A DNA stretch of 64,000 nt, taken from the NCBI GenBank assembly GCA_963700335.1, contig CAVOXE010000004.1, forward strand, positions 124,633 through 188,632. The letters run 5' to 3'. This document shows, in pieces, positions 59,310 to 64,000 of the stretch. Below the pieces are notes generated by a model. It had not been told where the DNA came from and searched no databases. It saw nothing but the letters and a program-made list of their open reading frames with translations. A program made the position numbers and the translations under genes. Numbering within the stretch: the first letter of the stretch is position 1; each line of letters starts with the position of its first letter. This DNA comes from Nitrospirota bacterium (GTDB lineage: Bacteria > Nitrospirota > Nitrospiria > Nitrospirales > Nitrospiraceae).

Positions 59310-61658
59310 ATGAACAGAGCACGGGCGCGAGGGACGAGGGGGATACGGAAGGGACTGTGGCTGGGCATCCTGCTGGCGTCATGGGTAGCGGTGGCGGTGG
59401 CGGCGACCGCGCCTGGGTACCGGCTGGGGCCCAATGATGTGGTGCGCATTCAAGTCTATGGCGAAGAAGACTTGACGGTGGAGAGCAAGGTGGACGGCGA
59501 GGGCACGATTCATTTTCCGTTAGTGGGCCAGGTGGCGGTCGGAGGGAAGACCACGCAGGAGCTACAGGAGTTGCTGACGACGCGCTTAGCGGGGGGCTAT
59601 ATGCGCGCCCCGCGCGTGACGGCCTATGTGTTGAAGTATCGCAATATTTACGTCAGTGGCGAAGTGCGGACGCCGGGCGGACATCCGTATGAGGAGGGCC
59701 TCACGGTGCAGAAGGCCATTACGATGGCGGGTGGCATTACCGAGAAGGCCGAGCGGGGCGGTGCGGTGCGCATTGTGCGGTCCGTCAACGGGCAGGAGAC
59801 GGCAGTGCTGGTCCAGTTAGACAGTCTCGTCTTGCCGGACGATACGATTGTGGTGGCGGAGGGGCAGCGGGTGTATGTGAGTGGGGAGGTGAAGACGCCG
59901 GGGCGGTATCTGTATGAGAAGGGGTTGACGGTGCACAAAGCGCTGGGGATGGCCGGGGGGCGTTCGGAGAAGGGGGAGAAGGGGCTGATCAAAGTGACGC
60001 GGCTGACCCAGGGCGTGGCCGAGACGCAGGTGTTGGCGCCGGAGGCGGCGGTGCTGCCCGATGACATTTTGGTGGTGGAGCCGCAGGACTATAAGTTCTA
60101 CGCGAGCGGCGAGGTGAAGAATCCCGGCGGCTATCCCTATAAGGAGGGGCTGACGGTGCACAAGGCGCTGGCCATGGCCGGCGGGCTGACGGAGAAAGCC
60201 GAGCGCGGGGACGTGCACATCTTACGCGCGGGCAAGGGGCAGGAGGAGACGCTGGTCGGCAAGCCCGAGAGCCTCCTGCTGCCGGACGATACGATTGTGG
60301 TGGCGGAGGGGCAGCGAGTGTATGTGAGTGGGGAGGTGAAGACGCCGGGGCGGTATCTGTATGAGAAGGGGCTGACGGTGCACAAGGCGCTGGGGATGGC
60401 CGGGGGGCGTTCGGAGAAGGGGGAGAAGGGGCTGATCAAAGTGACGCGGCTGACCCAGGGCGTGGCCGAGACGCAGGTGCTGGCGCCGGAGGCGGCGGTG
60501 CTGCCCGATGATATTTTGGTGGTGGAGCCGCAGGACTATAAGTTCTACGCGAGCGGCGAGGTAAAGAATCCCGGCGGCTATCCCTATAAGGAGGGGCTGA
60601 CGGTGCATAAGGCGCTGGCCATGGCCGGCGGGCTGACGGAGAAGGCCGAGCGCGGGGACGTGCACATCTTACGCGCGGGCAAGGGGCAGGAGGAGACGCT
60701 GGTCGGCAAGCCCGAGAGCCTCCTGCTGCCGGACGATACGATTGTGGTGGCGGAGGGGCAGCGAGTGTATGTGAGTGGGGAGGTGAAGACGCCGGGGCGG
60801 TATCTGTATGAGAAGGGGCTGACGGTGCACAAGGCGCTGGGGATGGCCGGGGGGCGCTCGGAGAAGGGGGAGAAGGGGCTGATCAAGGTGACGCGGCTGA
60901 CCCAGGGCGTGGCCGAGACGCAGGTGTTGGCGCCGGAGGCGGCGGTGCTGCCCGATGATATTTTGGTGGTGGAGCCGCAGGACTATAAGTTCTACGCGAG
61001 CGGCGAGGTAAAGAATCCCGGCGGCTATCCCTATAAGGAGGGGCTGACGGTGCACAAGGCCGTGGCCATGGCCGGCGGGCTGACGGAGAAGGCCGAGCGC
61101 GGGGACGTGCACATCTTACGCGCGGGCAAGGGGCAGGAGGAGACGCTGGTCGGCAAGCCCGAGAGCCTCCTGCTGCCGGACGATACGATTGTGGTGGCGG
61201 AGGGGCAGCGAGTGTATGTGAGTGGGGAGGTGAAGACGCCGGGGCGGTATCTGTATGAGAAGGGGTTGACGGTGCACAAGGCCATTACGATGACCGGCGG
61301 CTTTACGGAGAAAGCGGATAAGGCCACGATCCACGTGACGCGCGTCGTCAACGGTGTCGCGCAGACCCGGGAAGCTACGCTGGAGACGTCCGTGCTGCCG
61401 GATGATTTCGTCGTCATCTCCCAACTGCACAAGATTTATGTCAACGGCGAGGTGAAGAAAGCCGGCGACTATCCCTATGAGAAGGGGCTGACGATTCATA
61501 AGATCATTACGATGGCCGGGGGCTTTACCGATAAAGCAGCCGCCGGCCGGACGACCATCTTGCGCATCGTCAATGGCGAGGAGCAATCCCTCCGCGTCAC
61601 GCTCGATGCCCTCGTGCTCCCCGAAGATATCGTCGTCGTCCCCCGCAGCTTCTTCTAG
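59310..61658 (+). CDS. Wza-like polysaccharide export protein E: Poly_export domain + 9 SLBB modules
   Basis: Near-identical to gene C with one extra 149-aa (two-SLBB) unit. ATG at 59310 has the same RBS and signal peptide. Confidence 0.85.
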   Translation: MNRARARGTRGIRKGLWLGILLASWVAVAVAATAPGYRLGPNDVVRIQVYGEEDLTVESKVDGEGTIHFPLVGQVAVGGKTTQELQELLTTRLAGGYMRAPRVTAYVLKYRNIYVSGEVRTPGGHPYEEGLTVQKAITMAGGITEKAERGGAVRIVRSVNGQETAVLVQLDSLVLPDDTIVVAEGQRVYVSGEVKTPGRYLYEKGLTVHKALGMAGGRSEKGEKGLIKVTRLTQGVAETQVLAPEAAVLPDDILVVEPQDYKFYASGEVKNPGGYPYKEGLTVHKALAMAGGLTEKAERGDVHILRAGKGQEETLVGKPESLLLPDDTIVVAEGQRVYVSGEVKTPGRYLYEKGLTVHKALGMAGGRSEKGEKGLIKVTRLTQGVAETQVLAPEAAVLPDDILVVEPQDYKFYASGEVKNPGGYPYKEGLTVHKALAMAGGLTEKAERGDVHILRAGKGQEETLVGKPESLLLPDDTIVVAEGQRVYVSGEVKTPGRYLYEKGLTVHKALGMAGGRSEKGEKGLIKVTRLTQGVAETQVLAPEAAVLPDDILVVEPQDYKFYASGEVKNPGGYPYKEGLTVHKAVAMAGGLTEKAERGDVHILRAGKGQEETLVGKPESLLLPDDTIVVAEGQRVYVSGEVKTPGRYLYEKGLTVHKAITMTGGFTEKADKATIHVTRVVNGVAQTREATLETSVLPDDFVVISQLHKIYVNGEVKKAGDYPYEKGLTIHKIITMAGGFTDKAAAGRTTILRIVNGEEQSLRVTLDALVLPEDIVVVPRSFF
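59835..61282 (+). repeat. In-frame 447-bp tandem repeat, ~3.2 copies (gene E)
   Basis: The same anchor recurs at 59835, 60282, 60729 and 61176. Confidence 0.92.
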
Positions 61659-61720
61659 TAGAGCAACCTCAGGTAAACGCATCAGGCTAATGAACAACGA
61701 AGAGAACAGTGAGGTGGCCG

Positions 61721-62002
61721 ATGAATAACGAGCCATGGGTCGTCAAAACACGCAATGGAACGGTATGGGGAAAAATTCTTCGTGTCATCATCGATCCAGC
61801 CAGTCGGCAGATCGTATCGGTCGATGTCATGCTTAGCGCACAAGACCGATTTATTCGAGTGCCGTGGAAAAGATTAGAGGTCGAGAACGACGACATCATA
61901 CTGAGCATAACGGAAGGTGAAGTTGAACATCTTGAGTCTCCATCAGGTGCAGGGATGCCAACTACGATGACGCTGGAAGACTCCGCGGCATGTAACGCCT
62001 AG
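61721..62002 (+). CDS. Small PRC-barrel-like protein
   Basis: MNNEPWVVKTRNGTVWGKILRVIIDPASRQIVSVDVMLSAQDRFIRVPWKRLEV fits the PRC-barrel pattern (G..vG.i.d..iD...g.i). GAGGTGG RBS. Track ORF starts at the GTG at 61709. Confidence 0.55.
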   Translation: MNNEPWVVKTRNGTVWGKILRVIIDPASRQIVSVDVMLSAQDRFIRVPWKRLEVENDDIILSITEGEVEHLESPSGAGMPTTMTLEDSAACNA

Positions 62003-62112
62003 AGCTCATACAGTCAATTGCAGCGTCACGGCGAAGTTTGACCGTAGGCCTGAGTTCATGAACACAAAAGGTATCTAACGCCTCCGGCTTTGACGGTTGA
62101 ATAAAGGGCTTC

Positions 62113-62679
62113 ATGTACCGACGGATTTTCATCGCGACAGTTCTCGCAACGGCCGCGTTTCTCGTGGCTCACATCGTGAATTTAATGGTCGCCCATGCCC
62201 TGACACGGAGTATCACCCTTCGCCAGATGTCGGCCAAAATGGAAAATCCTCCGGCTTCGAAAGTCGATCATCTCAAGCTCACCGAAGAAATTCTGGCGAG
62301 CGGAATATTCGGCGGACCGGAAGCTGAAGCGGCTCCCGCATCTTTGCACCCGAAAGGCGCCAGCGCGATCAGTGAAGCGGAGGCTCTCGTGTCGATAGGA
62401 CCGCCGATCGATGCCGCGAAGAAGGTCAAACTAGTCGGAACGGTGGTTGGAGATGATAAGGTCGACCTCGCGGTTGTCGAAGAGATCAGCACAAAGAAAC
62501 AAACGCTCTACCATCTCCATGACTTGATCGTGAACGTGGGGCAGATCACTCAAATTCGAAAAGATGCCATCCTCATTCGGCAAGGCGCGCAACACGAAAC
62601 CTTGGAACTCGACTATGCGGTTTCCCCTGTCCAACCCGGCACACAGGTCGTCATCCCGACCACTCCCTCCGCTCAGTAA
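62113..62679 (+). CDS. Type II secretion GspC-like protein
   Basis: N-terminal TM anchor (IFIATVLATAAFLVAHIVNLMV). The C-terminal HR-type domain KLVGTVVGDDKVDLAVVEEISTKKQTLYHLHDLIVNVGQITQIRKDAILIRQGAQHETLEL is typical of GspC/PilP-like partners of secretins. Confidence 0.65.
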   Translation: MYRRIFIATVLATAAFLVAHIVNLMVAHALTRSITLRQMSAKMENPPASKVDHLKLTEEILASGIFGGPEAEAAPASLHPKGASAISEAEALVSIGPPIDAAKKVKLVGTVVGDDKVDLAVVEEISTKKQTLYHLHDLIVNVGQITQIRKDAILIRQGAQHETLELDYAVSPVQPGTQVVIPTTPSAQ

Positions 62680-62738
62680 AGCTGATGAAAGCGGGCCACA
62701 TTACTCCTGCGAACGAGAGCGCGAATGAAAGGGCAATT

Positions 62739-64000
62739 ATGACTTCACGAGGCTTCCTGAAATGCACATGGCTGCTGTTTGTGGTCGTGCTGGCAGGGCA
62801 GCTGTTGTACAGCACTCCTATGCGGGGGGAGGAGCTAAGCGATCGTGGACGCGTGAGTCTTGATTTCAATGAGGTCGACCTCCCTGTCTTCATTCGGTAT
62901 ATCAGTCAACTGAGCGGGAAACATTTTATTCTCGATGAACGGGTGACGGGCAAGATCACCATGTACTCGCCCTCAAAGGTGTCTCCCGCGCAGGTCTATA
63001 ATTTGTTCCTATCCGCGTTGGAAGTCCGCCGGCTCGCGGCGATTCCCAGAGGAGACGTCATTCAAATCGTTCCAGTGGCGGAAATGCCTCCCGAGCGCAA
63101 TGTGTATGTCTACAAGCTCAAGAACGCCGCAGCCACCGACACGGCAGCCGTATTGACCAATGTCGTGGCACGATCGGTGAACCCGCCACCTGCGCTGGGG
63201 GGCCGTCCACCGCTTCGGCAATCCGGAGAATTCGAGTCTCCTGTCCAGATCTTTGCGGACAAACCCACCAACTCCTTAATTGTCACAGGGAGCCGGACCG
63301 ACTATGAGCGACTCGTGTCGGTGATCAGGTCCCTGGACATACGGCGCAACCAAGTGTTTGTCGAAGCCGTCATTATGGAGGTCAATGTCAGTCGGTTGCG
63401 GCTTCTTGGGCTCGACCCGGTTCAGGGCTTGGCGGCCATCCAAAAAGGGTCCGTCATCCTTCTTGGAGGATTGAACCGGGTGCCGGAGGAGATCAGCGCG
63501 ATTGCCCAATCGCTCACGGGCGCCGGCGCGGGTGCGGGAGGAACTGTCAATTTGCTCAACACGGGAACCCTGCGCCTGTTTCTACAAATTCTGAACAACT
63601 CGACGGATTCCAATATTCTCTCTACCCCGCAGCTTCTCGCGGCGGACAACCAGCGGGCAAAGATCATCGTAGGTGAGAATCGGCCATTCCCCACTGGGCA
63701 AGCCCAGGGAATTACTGGAGGAACCCTCGTGACGATTGAAAGGAAGGATGTGGGGGTGACCTTGGAGATTACGCCGCAAGTATTAGACAATAATTTAATT
63801 CGCCTCGACGTCAAACAGGAAATTACGGCGATTGCCGAAAATGTCGCACAGACGATCGGTTCAGGCAATTCGTCCATTCCCGTGGGTCCAACAACGACGA
63901 AACGAGCAATGGAGACCATTACGATCGTGCCTGATCAACAGACCGTGGTACTTGGGGGGCTCGTACGTGACAATGTCACGTTCAATGAAAGCAAGATTCC
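62739..64000 (+). CDS. GspD-family secretin (type II secretion/type IV pilus-like outer-membrane channel), 3' end beyond the window
   Basis: Not in the ORF track because it has no stop. It is open from the ATG at 62739 to the window end. Signal peptide. N0 (VSLDFNEVDLPVFIRYISQLSGKHFILDERVTGKITMYS). N1 (VYVYKLKNAAATDTAAVL...IFADKPTNSLIVTGSRTDYERLVSVIRSLD). Secretin core (NILSTPQLLAADNQRAKIIVGENRPF...VTLEITPQV...VVLGGLVRD). Confidence 0.85.
   Translation, partial: MTSRGFLKCTWLLFVVVLAGQLLYSTPMRGEELSDRGRVSLDFNEVDLPVFIRYISQLSGKHFILDERVTGKITMYSPSKVSPAQVYNLFLSALEVRRLAAIPRGDVIQIVPVAEMPPERNVYVYKLKNAAATDTAAVLTNVVARSVNPPPALGGRPPLRQSGEFESPVQIFADKPTNSLIVTGSRTDYERLVSVIRSLDIRRNQVFVEAVIMEVNVSRLRLLGLDPVQGLAAIQKGSVILLGGLNRVPEEISAIAQSLTGAGAGAGGTVNLLNTGTLRLFLQILNNSTDSNILSTPQLLAADNQRAKIIVGENRPFPTGQAQGITGGTLVTIERKDVGVTLEITPQVLDNNLIRLDVKQEITAIAENVAQTIGSGNSSIPVGPTTTKRAMETITIVPDQQTVVLGGLVRDNVTFNESKI

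Larger units (their letters stand above)
59098..61658 (+). repeat. Segmental duplication, copy 2 (~2.56 kb)
   Basis: See copy 1. It includes the last ~110 nt of the preceding exporter gene, the G-rich spacer and the whole of gene E. Confidence 0.9.

Noticed and set aside
56910-61282. The regularly spaced repeats considered as a CRISPR array
   Set aside because: The units are 447 bp, contiguous with no spacers, protein-coding and in frame. There are no cas genes.
56907-61736. Series of long antisense ORFs (100-206 aa, e.g. 57297..57740, 60222..60665, 61116..61736) inside the exporter genes
   Set aside because: They mirror the 447-bp repeat and consist of low-complexity Arg/Pro/His/Leu-rich sequence. 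This is typical of stop-free antisense frames of GC-rich coding DNA. The sense strand carries strong Poly_export/SLBB homology.

Overview
This 64-kb window comes from a moderately GC-rich bacterium with an outer membrane. The protein signatures (PEP-CTERM cargo, HAF repeats, an EPS operon led by a NusG paralogue, multi-PAS kinases) suggest a Nitrospira-like environmental lineage, but that is inference only.

**1-24.4 kb: signalling and housekeeping genes.**
- two HD-GYP proteins, hldD, and BON and YflT-like stress proteins
- an animal-haem-peroxidase homologue, tRNA-Gly(CCC), a frameshifted Slp lipoprotein, rpmB, recG and Ppx/GppA
- a giant multi-PAS/GAF HisKA_3 kinase (disrupted) with NarL-type and CheY-type regulators
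- DUF1264 and an NlpC/P60 lipoprotein

**24.9-61.7 kb: a ~37-kb exopolysaccharide locus of the PEP-CTERM type.**
- a LuxR solo regulator, an odd class-II tRNA-like gene and a PEP-CTERM cargo protein
- an AT-rich leader followed by a NusG/RfaH-like antiterminator
- a Wzc-like co-polymerase/tyrosine kinase, five GT4 glycosyltransferase genes and methyltransferases
- HAF-repeat and glyoxal-oxidase-like secreted proteins, and an O-antigen-ligase-like protein
- sugar epimerases, an AsnB-type amidotransferase, WecA-like and Bac_transf priming transferases, a DegT aminotransferase and a deacetylase
- four tandem Wza-like exporters built from 5, 7, 2 and 9 SLBB modules

**61.7-64 kb:** a PRC-barrel protein, a GspC-like protein and a GspD secretin cut by the window end.

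No exosortase, transposase, integrase or CRISPR array is visible.

**Most notable observations:**
1. The Wza-like array contains a near-identical ~2.1/2.6-kb segmental duplication. Its two copies differ by exactly one in-frame 447-bp (two-SLBB) tandem repeat unit.
2. A tRNA-Ser-shaped gene has its anticodon arm replaced by an 8-bp stem capped with a GUGA tetraloop.
3. At least ~45 apparent frameshifts are concentrated in about 16 genes, mostly in the EPS locus and often at short homopolymers. Neighbouring multi-kb genes are intact. From sequence alone this cannot be assigned to gene decay, phase variation or flow-type sequencing error.
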